DNA from: a bacterium
GTDB lineage: Bacteria; DRYD01
DNA: 64,000 nucleotides
Direction of reading: 5' to 3'
Assembly: GCA_039630415.1 (NCBI GenBank)
Contig: JBCNVB010000025.1
Coordinates: forward strand, 11,419-75,418
The notes beneath the pieces are model-generated. The model was not told where the DNA came from, searched no databases, and saw nothing but the letters and a program-made list of their open reading frames with translations. The stretch's first letter is position 1; each line of letters starts with the position of its first letter. Position numbers and translations under genes: made by a program. This document shows positions 18,859 to 28,445 of this stretch, piece by piece.

Positions 18859-20355
18859 TTACTCCAAATAGCGATTTATAGTTATTCTAAATGCATTAGC
18901 AACAGCTAAATCATTTATCATTTCCTCTAGATTCATATCAGCTATAGTTCTAGAGATTTTTAATATTTTGTGGAGCTTTCTTACAGATAACTTTTTTGAA
19001 TCGTAAATATTTTGCAAAAATTGTTTGGCTTTATCAGTCAAAGTATTAAAGCAAAACTCATTTACCTCTTCTATAGATAGTTCCGAATTAAACTTTTGCT
19101 GATTCCTTTTTCTTCTAGCTATGTATGAATTTTCAACCATAGACAAATAAGTTTGAAAGTTATTCGTTTTCTGACTTACCACTTGTTCAAATTTGATATT
19201 ACCTACTTCTATGAATATATCGAATCTATCAAGTATAGGTCCAGATATTTTAGTCCAGTATTTGGATATGTTAGAAGGGTAGCAAGAACAAGCTTTAATC
19301 TTGGTTTTATAATATCCACAAGGACAGGGATTCATTGCTGCTATTAAGACAAAATCAGACGGATACTCAACTTTATAATCAGCTCTAGAAATGACTACCT
19401 TCCTATTTTCCATCGGTTCTCTTAAACCTTCTATAACATCCCTTCTAAACTCCGGAAACTCATCTAAAAAAAGAATTCCTTTATGCGCTAAAGTTATCTC
19501 ACCTATACTCTTGTGCCCACCAATAATCGAGGCGTATGAAGACGTGTGATGAGGATTTCTATAAGGTCTTACCTTTCTAAATCGCTTCCAATATTCATAA
19601 TCGTAACCAGCTTGGTTATATATCCTTGCTATTTCTATAAATTCTTGGTCATTTGGTGGTTGGAATAAACATAAAGCAGCTTTTGAAAGAATTGATTTAC
19701 CAGTACCTGGTGGCCCCACCATAAGAATATTATGCTTACCCGCAGCAGATATTGCAATACAGTATTTTGCCATCTCCTGACCCCTAATACTCTCAAACAA
19801 TTCCCTATACTCTCCCAAATTTATCTCCTGACTATCACTAGCTAACTCTTGACAATAATCTTTTTTCTCTATGTCAAAAATCTCCGCCAAACTACCAATA
19901 AATTTGACCATAAAATTGGAGTGTTTCTTTAGAACTAAAACCTCTTGCTTATTTGCACTAGGTAGTATAAGACTATTTTGAGTATCGATAGATAGCAGAT
20001 AAGTTAAGATTCCTCTTACTGCTAAAACCTGACCATTTAGAGATAGTTCCCCAGCTATAATCAAGTCCTCAGATAGATCAATAACTCCCAAAGCCTTAAG
20101 GATTGAAACAGCAATAGGTAAATCAAAATAGTTTCCCGTTTTGACAGTATCAACAGGATTTATATTTACAGTAATTTTCTTATTCGGTAGATCTATTCCT
20201 AGAGTATTGAGAGCACCTTTGACTCTATCCCTTGATTCTTGAACAGTTTTAGAAGGTAAACCTATTATGTTAAAAGATGGTAATCCTTTGGTTATTTTGC
20301 ATTCAACAGATATGATTGGTGGGGATGTAAAAAAAGTTCGAACTTTTGAGTACAT
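18859..20355 (-). CDS. comM: ComM/YifB Mg-chelatase-like AAA+ ATPase
   Basis: Lon-like N-domain, Walker A GPPGTGKS, GILFLDE, ChlI-like C-terminus. Confidence 0.9.
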   Translation of the reverse strand: MYSKVRTFFTSPPIISVECKITKGLPSFNIIGLPSKTVQESRDRVKGALNTLGIDLPNKKITVNINPVDTVKTGNYFDLPIAVSILKALGVIDLSEDLIIAGELSLNGQVLAVRGILTYLLSIDTQNSLILPSANKQEVLVLKKHSNFMVKFIGSLAEIFDIEKKDYCQELASDSQEINLGEYRELFESIRGQEMAKYCIAISAAGKHNILMVGPPGTGKSILSKAALCLFQPPNDQEFIEIARIYNQAGYDYEYWKRFRKVRPYRNPHHTSSYASIIGGHKSIGEITLAHKGILFLDEFPEFRRDVIEGLREPMENRKVVISRADYKVEYPSDFVLIAAMNPCPCGYYKTKIKACSCYPSNISKYWTKISGPILDRFDIFIEVGNIKFEQVVSQKTNNFQTYLSMVENSYIARRKRNQQKFNSELSIEEVNEFCFNTLTDKAKQFLQNIYDSKKLSVRKLHKILKISRTIADMNLEEMINDLAVANAFRITINRYLE

Positions 20356-20371
20356 TTAAGAAAGTGGAAAT

Positions 20372-20932
20372 TTAAGCGTAGAATCCTGTTCCAAAATCTT
20401 CTTCTTTCCACTTGGACATGTTTTCTATTGCCATGTCAAGAGCTAGGTTTAGATGTTCAGTAGCTTCCGCTGCCAAACTTAAACCCTGTTCTTTTACTCT
20501 TTCTATCTCATGTGCTATATTTTCTCTTATTTCTTCATTTGGAGCTGAATTCATTTGATCCAATAACTCTGGTAATGCTCTTAGTTCATCTATTGCTTGT
20601 AAGAACATATCTATTCCAGTTAGTCCTATCTCCAGCTGTTCTTTAAAGTAGGGTACCAGCTCTTCTGGTATTTCCATATTACTTACTGCATTTCCAGCTT
20701 CTTCTATTTTATAGTATATATTATCAAGAACTTCGTAATATTCTTCGTAGGATATTTCATAGGATAGTAGCTGTTCTACTTTTAGTCTTACGGTATCATA
20801 GTTTCTGGTAACCTTTACTCTTGCTGGCCTGGCTACCGCCTGTGAGATTCTGGGTAAAGGAGCTCCACAACTGGTACAATAATTTTCTGAATCTGGATTA
20901 CTTATTCCACACTTAATACAAATTCTACCCAC
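20372..20932 (-). CDS. zinc-ribbon protein with an acidic helical domain
   Basis: GTG start; CIKC..(x11)..CTSC ribbon; the rest is helical and acidic. Confidence 0.45.
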   Translation of the reverse strand: MGRICIKCGISNPDSENYCTSCGAPLPRISQAVARPARVKVTRNYDTVRLKVEQLLSYEISYEEYYEVLDNIYYKIEEAGNAVSNMEIPEELVPYFKEQLEIGLTGIDMFLQAIDELRALPELLDQMNSAPNEEIRENIAHEIERVKEQGLSLAAEATEHLNLALDMAIENMSKWKEEDFGTGFYA

Positions 20933-21000
20933 CTTACTAAAACCTCTTACTGTACTTTTTATCTACCTTAGAATTCTACTTTAGCACATTTACTCCTTCT

Positions 21001-21444
21001 TTATAACTTCATCATCATTTTTAGCCATTTACCAACTTTAGTTTGGTAGGTAAATCCAAGATTTTTGTAAAGTTTTTGTGCTCTATGGTTATCTTTTCCA
21101 ACCCATAGTATCACTCCATTAACCTTTCTCCCTTGTTTTTTGTTTTTTCTCCTTGAGATAGCTATGAATTCATTTATAAGGTGGGTAGCTATTCCTAAAC
21201 CCCTATACTCAGAAATCACTACCAATTCATGAAGATTTATAACATAATCTTCCTCTTGTTTATCGTAGTAATATCTATCTCCTGCTATAAAGCCTATTAC
21301 ACGGTTATTATGAGTCGCTACTATTATTATACTCGTTTCCTGGTTGTGATTAAAAAGCCATTCTATGTACCTTTCTACATCCTCCGGATTTTTATAATAA
21401 TAATCCTCCATATCTTTGTAAGAAGATAGGTAGGTCACTATCAA
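21001..21444 (-). CDS. GNAT-family N-acetyltransferase
   Basis: VISEYRGLGIATHL (R/Q-x-x-G-x-G/A) and a ..YKNLGF.. tail. Confidence 0.75.
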   Translation of the reverse strand: MIVTYLSSYKDMEDYYYKNPEDVERYIEWLFNHNQETSIIIVATHNNRVIGFIAGDRYYYDKQEEDYVINLHELVVISEYRGLGIATHLINEFIAISRRKNKKQGRKVNGVILWVGKDNHRAQKLYKNLGFTYQTKVGKWLKMMMKL

Positions 21445-21553
21445 GTCTCTCTTGAGATTTACGAAATCCTGAAAATCTTCAATTTCACTAAATTTTATTA
21501 AGTTTCAAGTAAAATTATCCTTGGAATACAAAGTTTTTCTATTAACTATTAAC

Positions 21554-21587
21554 ATAAAAACCACCTTCCCAATTTATATTTGGGAAG
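21554..21587 (-). terminator. candidate intrinsic terminator after the TrmH-like gene
   Basis: On the minus strand: CTTCCCAA-atataaa-TTGGGAAG (8-bp stem), then gtggTTTTT. Confidence 0.45.
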
Positions 21588-21595
21588 TCTATACT

Positions 21596-22396
21596 CTAAA
21601 TCCTTAATCTTTGATTTATCAAAAAACAAATGATACTATGAGTTGCAAAAACATTCAAACTATCTATTCTGACATCTATCCTAATCTCTTGATAATTTTT
21701 GAATATTTCGTATAATTCTCTACTAATCCCTTTTTCTTCATTACCCAAAATAAAGAAGTTGGTACAATTAACAAGACCATGAAAATCCAAAGTTGATATA
21801 TCCCGACACTCCAATCGATTTTGTAAGAAATAAGCTCTGTAATTTATACCCTGATTAATTAATGTTTTAATGAATTCTGCTAAGTTTTGATAGTTAGTCA
21901 TTCTTATTTTTTGCTCAAAAACATATCCTTTAGAAGCTCTTATAACTCTGGGATTATATGGGAAAACGCAATTACCCACTAAAATAACGTCTAATACCCC
22001 AAAAGCACTATTGTTCCTAAACATCCCCCCCAAATTCCAAGGATTCTGAATAGAATCCAAAACCAAACAAACCCTAAGTTTACTTAAATCATCACCGTAA
22101 GTAAGCTGATTTATTCGATTAATCAAGTCAGATATATCTATAATCGCACATAGAGAAGGATTATCTATCTCCAATATTTTTGCTAAAATTTGTTTTGAAA
22201 CAACCTGAACATTTTTGAAATGTTTAATTATTTGAAGCTTTTCAAATTTGGGAGTTACAAAAATCGCTTTTACTAGTCCCCCAAAACCAAGGTCTAACAA
22301 AACTTTGAAAGATTCAAGATCATCTATTAAAGTTAGACATCTTTTTTTTGAAAATCTAGAATCTTCCTTTATCCTGGATATGATTGATAGATGCAT
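21596..22396 (-). CDS. TrmH/SpoU-family RNA 2'-O-methyltransferase
   Basis: NPWNLGGMFRN, LGNEEKGIS and a C-terminal SLNV motif. Confidence 0.7.
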   Translation of the reverse strand: MHLSIISRIKEDSRFSKKRCLTLIDDLESFKVLLDLGFGGLVKAIFVTPKFEKLQIIKHFKNVQVVSKQILAKILEIDNPSLCAIIDISDLINRINQLTYGDDLSKLRVCLVLDSIQNPWNLGGMFRNNSAFGVLDVILVGNCVFPYNPRVIRASKGYVFEQKIRMTNYQNLAEFIKTLINQGINYRAYFLQNRLECRDISTLDFHGLVNCTNFFILGNEEKGISRELYEIFKNYQEIRIDVRIDSLNVFATHSIICFLINQRLRI

Positions 22397-23082
22397 TAAT
22401 CTATTGATTCCGGAATTTGTTGCCAGATTTCTTCAGGGAAAACTAGAATCTTAGGTAACTCGGGTAAAGAATTTATGGTAACAAAATAATCATTACAAAC
22501 CTGTATTGAAGGATAGTTTATTTCATCCCAAGAACTAGCAATCCAAGGAGTATAAGAAGTTTTGTAATGTATAGGTATACATATCATAGCTTTTAACTGC
22601 TCCATTAGGATAAGTATTTCAGAAGGTCCAATAGTGTATCCCCCTCCTCCAACAGGAGCAATCAAAACATCTACTATACCACCAATCTGATTTATTTGCT
22701 GCTCTTTCAAAATATGTCCTAAATCCCCACAGTGCGCTACTCTTATACCATCTACTACAAAAAACCAAATCGTATTGGGACCATATTTCTTTCCCTCTAG
22801 ATTATCATGAAATGAAGGAATAGCTAAAAACTCTATTACCTCCTTGTCAAATTTTATTTCAAATGAAGCTAGAGAGTCCGTAGTTCTCCTCAGTACCTTT
22901 GGATTACCCATAACTAAATGAGGAGCATTATGATCTGGATGTAAATGGGATATTAAAACAACATCGGACTTAACCTTAGGAAATGTTTTGTTAACCTTTA
23001 AATGATAAGGATCAATAATAATTCTTGATCCATGGTTAGTTGATATCATTACACTAGAGTGTCCCAAGTAAGTTAACTTCAT
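22396..23082 (-). CDS. MBL-fold metal-dependent hydrolase (UPF0173-like)
   Basis: MKLTYLGHSS, SHLHPDH, HCGDLGH. ATG at 23082 overlaps the upstream stop as ATGA; the tracked start at 23148 is less likely. Confidence 0.75.
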   Translation of the reverse strand: MKLTYLGHSSVMISTNHGSRIIIDPYHLKVNKTFPKVKSDVVLISHLHPDHNAPHLVMGNPKVLRRTTDSLASFEIKFDKEVIEFLAIPSFHDNLEGKKYGPNTIWFFVVDGIRVAHCGDLGHILKEQQINQIGGIVDVLIAPVGGGGYTIGPSEILILMEQLKAMICIPIHYKTSYTPWIASSWDEINYPSIQVCNDYFVTINSLPELPKILVFPEEIWQQIPESID

Positions 23083-23669
23083 ATTTTGATTATCCTCCCT
23101 CTTAGTAGGATTATTATATACATTCCAAGTACAATAAGCCAAGTCCAATACTCAGTTCTTAAAACAGGAGTCATCCTAAATCTACCCTTAGAAGGTATTT
23201 TCTTAAAATTAATAAACCATCTGGGTACCTGATTTTTGTACTCTATATATTCTTGTCCAAATTTTTTCTCCAAAAACTCTTCCTCCGCGGGTATTACCAA
23301 AAAGTTGTAAAATAGAAAGTATATAGTAGCAGTTAACAAACCTACCAAAACCGATATGTTTAAACCATACCCACCAAAAGAAAAAATAGCTAACCCAATC
23401 GCTATCAATGTGTTTGCTATATAAACCGGATTTCTTGAGTACTGGTAAGGACCTGAAGTAATCAAATTAGCTATGTTAGGCACCTCATCTCTACTCTTTA
23501 CACCCAAATAACCTAAACATACCACTCTAATAATTAAACCAATCAGAACAAGTATACTTCCCAAAAGCAAAGAAATAATCGTAGGTTTAGCCCAAATAAT
23601 CGTTATTATAGCAAAGGGTATAGGAAAAAGTGCTCTGTATCTAAAACCAATGTATGAAATCTCTTTCAT
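23079..23669 (-). CDS. ICMT/PEMT-family membrane methyltransferase
   Basis: Multi-TM; RNPVYIAN and PAEEEFLEKKFGQEYIEYKNQVPRW are typical of the family. Confidence 0.65.
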   Translation of the reverse strand: MKEISYIGFRYRALFPIPFAIITIIWAKPTIISLLLGSILVLIGLIIRVVCLGYLGVKSRDEVPNIANLITSGPYQYSRNPVYIANTLIAIGLAIFSFGGYGLNISVLVGLLTATIYFLFYNFLVIPAEEEFLEKKFGQEYIEYKNQVPRWFINFKKIPSKGRFRMTPVLRTEYWTWLIVLGMYIIILLRGRIIKI

Positions 23670-23683
23670 TTAATAATCTCCAT

Positions 23684-24325
23684 CTATTGGCCAAAATTAT
23701 TAAGCGGAGTAACAAACAATGATGCACCTATAGTCTGTGTACTATTCTCACCAACAGTTCTCTTCACAAAATTCATCCTTATTGTTACCGTATTTTCCAT
23801 GTTATTCATCAATATATCAAAAGCATAAATGTTGGTTGATAAACCTGATATGATTACTTCACTTGAATTAACTCCTCCAGTGATTCGAAGTGTCCGTACA
23901 TTTGAACTACGTATATTAGTAATATTCTCTACGATAAAAGTCGACGGTTGGGTACTACTACTTACTTTAAACCTAACATAAAAGAGATGTCCTGTATTTT
24001 CAGGTTGTTGTCTATCAATCGTGCAAACTATGCCAACATATTCAAAGTCCCCCTTTTCTGTTTGCAAAGGGAAAAATATGGAATCTCTGGGTAAATCATC
24101 CAAAGTTGTATTATTTTGATGAAAAATATACCTGTAATCAGTTTGTCTAAGAGTTTTTTGGAGTATAGTAGTAGTTTTTTTCATTTCATTTTGAATTGTA
24201 TTATAGGTCATACCTCTGCCCCAATAACTCTGACCCAATTTAAACAACGCAAACAAACAAATAGAAACAAAAGAGAATATTGCTGTAGAAAGAAGAACCT
24301 CTACCAAAGTCATTCCTTTTTTCAT
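23684..24325 (-). CDS. pseudopilin / minor pilin-like protein
   Basis: Prepilin motif MKKG/MTLVEVLLS. Confidence 0.6.
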   Translation of the reverse strand: MKKGMTLVEVLLSTAIFSFVSICLFALFKLGQSYWGRGMTYNTIQNEMKKTTTILQKTLRQTDYRYIFHQNNTTLDDLPRDSIFFPLQTEKGDFEYVGIVCTIDRQQPENTGHLFYVRFKVSSSTQPSTFIVENITNIRSSNVRTLRITGGVNSSEVIISGLSTNIYAFDILMNNMENTVTIRMNFVKRTVGENSTQTIGASLFVTPLNNFGQ

Positions 24326-24339
24326 ATGCCTTCCACCTC

Positions 24340-24825
24340 TTATTCAGGGATATTAATTATTCTTTCAAGGGAAATACTTGATCTTCCATATCCCCTAATT
24401 AATTGACCTTGTCTGGATCGATTCTCAAACCAGCTTACTTCTACTCTAATTATACACATACTGGCTACATCTGATCGACTTAACTCAGTAGCTGAAATCA
24501 TTATAGTATAATTTCTTCTACCAATATATTGTTGCTTGTAAATCTTACCAAATTGAGTCGCTACTCTTGTTGTAAAATTTTGATTTTGGTTATTGACTAG
24601 AGCACGTGCTCTCTGCTTTAAAAGCTCTTGCTCACTAGATGCATACATACTATACAAATTCAAATACGACAGAGCTATAAAATTAGCTATGTTTTCTTCA
24701 TTTATCTTAGTACTGCTCGTAAAAAACATAGAATACATCCCTATGACAAATATTATTACCAAAGCTAGTATTGCAACCGAGAAAGCTAACTCTAATATAC
24801 TAAAGCCCTTCTTAAAACTATTCAT
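24340..24825 (-). CDS. pseudopilin / minor pilin-like protein
   Basis: Prepilin motif KKG/FSILELAFSVAILAL; GGGAGGG Shine-Dalgarno upstream. Confidence 0.65.
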   Translation of the reverse strand: MNSFKKGFSILELAFSVAILALVIIFVIGMYSMFFTSSTKINEENIANFIALSYLNLYSMYASSEQELLKQRARALVNNQNQNFTTRVATQFGKIYKQQYIGRRNYTIMISATELSRSDVASMCIIRVEVSWFENRSRQGQLIRGYGRSSISLERIINIPE

Positions 24826-24951
24826 AAAATCCCTCCCGAATATACCAAATTAACACACCAAAACTTCACTCTAATAATTCTATTGTACAAAAATCTATAA
24901 ATTCCTTAATGTTCCTACACTTAACTAAACATAAAGGTGATATTTTGATTT

Positions 24952-25278
24952 TTGTCAAAATATAAAACAATGAAAAGACATATCAAAAAAAGAGCACTAG
25001 AGCCTAAAAGACTCTTCTGCAAAATCCTTCAAAAAGAAGTTACTGTACTAATCGAACACTTAGACTACAAATCAATCTATTACTCAGACAAAATAGGGGA
25101 AATATATTGCTCAAACATACTAGAATGCTACCAGAATAACATAAAGTGTAAATATAGTGGGATAAGTAAATTCTTCCCAGATCCATTCGATAAAAATTTT
25201 AATGACATCTTCTACAAAGAATTTGTCGGAGAAAAAGAATTTAAAAGAATTCAAAAATTAAGAAAACAAAAGGCATAA
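24952..25278 (+). CDS. small basic Cys-containing hypothetical protein
   Basis: First ORF of a tightly packed plus-strand gene string; four Cys; the start may be the ATG at 24970. Confidence 0.35.
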   Translation: MSKYKTMKRHIKKRALEPKRLFCKILQKEVTVLIEHLDYKSIYYSDKIGEIYCSNILECYQNNIKCKYSGISKFFPDPFDKNFNDIFYKEFVGEKEFKRIQKLRKQKA

Positions 25279-25286
25279 TCTTAATT

Positions 25287-25658
25287 ATGCTCGAATCCTT
25301 CGGTCAACTCATAAAAAAAATGCTAACTACATACCCACCACTCCTAAAAATAATCCTAACACTCAAAAAAAATAAACTCCTACAAAATACAAGAATAAAA
25401 AAAATACAAAACAATACACTAATTATCTCTGCAAACAACTACCAAACTTATCAACTACTCCTGCTTAATAGAGAAAAACTAAATAAATATATAAACCAAG
25501 TTTTCAGAAAAAATGGAGCAAATGTAACCATAAGAAACGTCAAAATAGAATCAACCCCACAAGTAGAAACAAAACCTCATAGGAAAATTAACCATGAACT
25601 AATAAAAAAAATAAGGGAAATAAGGGAAAAACTTTACGGTGATCGACTATGGAAATAA
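25287..25658 (+). CDS. DUF721 / DciA-like protein (tentative)
   Basis: 123 aa; the pattern ...T.I..I.N.TLII.A.N....QLL.....L...IN......V..I... resembles DUF721. Confidence 0.45.
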   Translation: MLESFGQLIKKMLTTYPPLLKIILTLKKNKLLQNTRIKKIQNNTLIISANNYQTYQLLLLNREKLNKYINQVFRKNGANVTIRNVKIESTPQVETKPHRKINHELIKKIREIREKLYGDRLWK

Positions 25659-26719
25659 GTGATTTAACTCCCAGGCAAAAAACAGCAATAATACTAACTT
25701 CATTACCCCAAGAAGTAGCTAACTCAATTTTAATGGGTTTTAGTCCAGAAGAAAGAAGAGCTATTAACGCAGAATTCCCCCGCGTAAGAGATATACCCGA
25801 AAATATAAAACAACAGGTCCTAAATGAATTTCTTCAAAAAAATAAGCAAACCATATCCTCCGTTCAAAAACAAGAACAACCAAAAGAAGAACAAGTATCT
25901 ATTTCACAAAGTTTAGATAAGCTCCTAGGTAAGCCAACTGTCAGTAGTCAACCTTCCGGCCACTCCCCAGTAGCACCCACCTTCTCCTCAACTATTAAAT
26001 CCTCAAAACCACTAGATTTCATAGCAGCAATTAACCCCAAAAAAGTATACTGGGTACTGAGAAACGAAAGTAGTGCAACCATAGCTTTCGTACTTTCACA
26101 ACTTGCCCCAGCAGTATCACAAAGAATACTATCCGTATTCCCCACCTCACAACAAACTGAAATAAATAAACACCTAGTCGGCATAAGAAAAGTCGATAAC
26201 AGAGTAATAGAAGCAATCTCAAAATTTATAAAGCAAGAAATAGAAGAAATAGATATACCCATGGTAGGAGAAACCATCTCAGTTCCACCATCCTCCATGC
26301 CCACAGTACCCACCTCAACTAGTCCCCCTACTCCAGTTTCAGCACCTACCACCCCAACCCCAACCGCTCCTCCTATCACACAAACTACACCACCAATATC
26401 TCCACAAACAGTAACTACAGCCTCTATCATCATCTCAAACAAAAAAATGGATTTTACAGACATATCTCTTCTTAAACCAGCAGATATGGAACATCTACTA
26501 AAACTAACTAACAAAAACGACTGGGTAATAGCACTAAAAGGACTACCTCCAGAAATAGTAGATAAAATCCTATCCATAATGCCACAAGTACAAGCTAAAG
26601 TCATCAAAAAAGAAATAGAAACAACACCCGCATCAAAAGAAGATATCATAAAGGCACAAAGAGATATCCTATTTAAAATAAAAGGTCTAGTAACTATAGG
26701 AAAAGTAAAAATAGCTTAA
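25649..26719 (+). CDS. FliG-like protein (N, middle and C domains) with Ser/Thr/Pro-rich inserts
   Basis: LTPRQKTAIILTSLPQEVANSIL..FSPEE (FliG N-like), RNESSATIAFVLSQLAPAVSQRIL (middle), DWVIALKGLPPEIVDKILSIMPQVQAKVIKKEIE...EDIIKAQRDILFKIKGL (FliG C-like). Confidence 0.65.
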   Translation: MEISDLTPRQKTAIILTSLPQEVANSILMGFSPEERRAINAEFPRVRDIPENIKQQVLNEFLQKNKQTISSVQKQEQPKEEQVSISQSLDKLLGKPTVSSQPSGHSPVAPTFSSTIKSSKPLDFIAAINPKKVYWVLRNESSATIAFVLSQLAPAVSQRILSVFPTSQQTEINKHLVGIRKVDNRVIEAISKFIKQEIEEIDIPMVGETISVPPSSMPTVPTSTSPPTPVSAPTTPTPTAPPITQTTPPISPQTVTTASIIISNKKMDFTDISLLKPADMEHLLKLTNKNDWVIALKGLPPEIVDKILSIMPQVQAKVIKKEIETTPASKEDIIKAQRDILFKIKGLVTIGKVKIA

Positions 26720-27366
26720 TGAAACTTTTCTTAATTGCTAACGGTAAAATACCTAATTTATTAAAATACTACCAATTACTTTCCCCAGACCAAATAATAG
26801 CAGTTAATGGAGGAACAAACAAAGCACTAAAATACAATATCTACCCACACGTAGTAATCGGAGACTTAGACTCACTCAAAAAAAAATTTCAAGGCAAACT
26901 AATCAAATACCCCAAACAAAAAGATAAAAGTGACCTAGAACTAGCTATCGATTACATCCTATCAATCAAATCCATAACTAAACTATTCTGTTTTGGTATA
27001 CTGGGTAACAGAATAGATCATACACTCGTAAATCTTAATCTCTTATCAAAATTCAATTACTCACCACCTATTATCATATACCCCAAACAAACAATAACTA
27101 TTCTAACCTCAAATCAAAGCATTTTGAATATACCCCCAAAAACTAAACTTTCGATAATCTCATTAGATAAAACCTCACAAGTACTAATAGAAGGCTTTAA
27201 ATATCAGGGCAATTACCCAATCCCATTCCTTTCTTCACTAGGAATATCTAACATCTCTAACTCTGAAAATAACCAAATACTATGCCAAAATGGTAAAATC
27301 ATTATCCTAATATACCAAGAATACTATGATTTATTGCACAAAAACTTTTTAATAAACCCTTCATGA
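26719..27366 (+). CDS. thiamine pyrophosphokinase
   Basis: VIGDLDS, KDKSDLELAI, GNRIDHTL motifs. Confidence 0.75.
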   Translation: MKLFLIANGKIPNLLKYYQLLSPDQIIAVNGGTNKALKYNIYPHVVIGDLDSLKKKFQGKLIKYPKQKDKSDLELAIDYILSIKSITKLFCFGILGNRIDHTLVNLNLLSKFNYSPPIIIYPKQTITILTSNQSILNIPPKTKLSIISLDKTSQVLIEGFKYQGNYPIPFLSSLGISNISNSENNQILCQNGKIIILIYQEYYDLLHKNFLINPS

Positions 27367-28445
27367 CAAAAGATAAGGTAATAATAGTAGGGTTAAAAAA
27401 TAAGCAAAATGAAAGCTATTATCAAGAGAGTTTAGAAGAGCTAAAAGATTTATTAAGCTTTGCAGGAGCTGAACTAAAATTCATAGTAACCCAAAACTCA
27501 AATACTATAAACCCAGCCACACTCATAGGTAAAGGGAAAATACAAGAAATAAAAAATCTAGCTGAGCACCTTGAAGCAAACACCATCCTTTTTTTAAACC
27601 ACCTAACACCAACTCAATTCAAAAATCTAGAAAGAGAACTTGAAAATTACAAAGTAATCGATAGAGTTGCATTAATACTAGATATATTCGCTCAGAGAGC
27701 AAAAACAATAGAAGGTAAACTACAAGTAGAATTAGCACAACTAAACTACCTACTACCCAGAACAGTAGGATACGGTAGAATGCTATCCAGACTAGGAGGA
27801 GGAATAGGAACTAGAGGACCAGGTGAAAAAAAATTAACCACCGAAAAAAGAAAAATCCTTAAAAGAATTAACCACATCAAATCTAAACTAAAAGAAGTTG
27901 AAAAAAATAGAAACATACAAAGAAAAAACCGGCTAAATAGTCCATACCCAATTGTTTCAATCGTAGGATATACAAACGCAGGTAAATCAACCCTATTCAA
28001 CGCACTAACAAAATCAAAAGTAGCTGTAGACAGCAGAGCCTTCACCACCCTAGACCCCAAAACACAAATATGCTACATAGATAAAAACCTTAAAATCCTT
28101 CTAACAGACACCGTGGGATTCGTAAGAAATCTACCTCAAGAACTACTAGATGCATTCCAAGCAACCTTCGAAGAACTAATATACAGCAACCTACATATAC
28201 TCATTTTTGACGCATCTAACCCAAACTTCAAAACACACATACAAGAAACACTCAAACTACTAGACGAAATAGGAGCAAGTTCTACACCACAAATCAAAGT
28301 CTTTAACAAAATCGATAAAATAGATAAATCAATCCTTGAAAAACTAAAAGAAAAATATCCAGATTTTTTACTCATATCCGCTAAAACAAAACAAAATCTA
28401 GATCTACTGAAAAAACGTATAAAAGAGGTTCTTCAAAATGGGTAA
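27363..28445 (+). CDS. hflX: GTPase HflX
   Basis: HflX N-domain (LDIFAQRAKT.EGKLQVELAQL), G1 GYTNAGKST, DTVGF, NKID. Confidence 0.9.
   Translation: MTKDKVIIVGLKNKQNESYYQESLEELKDLLSFAGAELKFIVTQNSNTINPATLIGKGKIQEIKNLAEHLEANTILFLNHLTPTQFKNLERELENYKVIDRVALILDIFAQRAKTIEGKLQVELAQLNYLLPRTVGYGRMLSRLGGGIGTRGPGEKKLTTEKRKILKRINHIKSKLKEVEKNRNIQRKNRLNSPYPIVSIVGYTNAGKSTLFNALTKSKVAVDSRAFTTLDPKTQICYIDKNLKILLTDTVGFVRNLPQELLDAFQATFEELIYSNLHILIFDASNPNFKTHIQETLKLLDEIGASSTPQIKVFNKIDKIDKSILEKLKEKYPDFLLISAKTKQNLDLLKKRIKEVLQNG

Noticed and set aside
25948-26649. 233-aa minus-strand ORF (and the nested 26031..26222 ORF) opposite the FliG-like gene
   Set aside because: It is antisense to a well-supported CDS. Its low-complexity Gly/Val-rich translation is the mirror of the Pro/Thr-rich linker. 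It is a shadow ORF.
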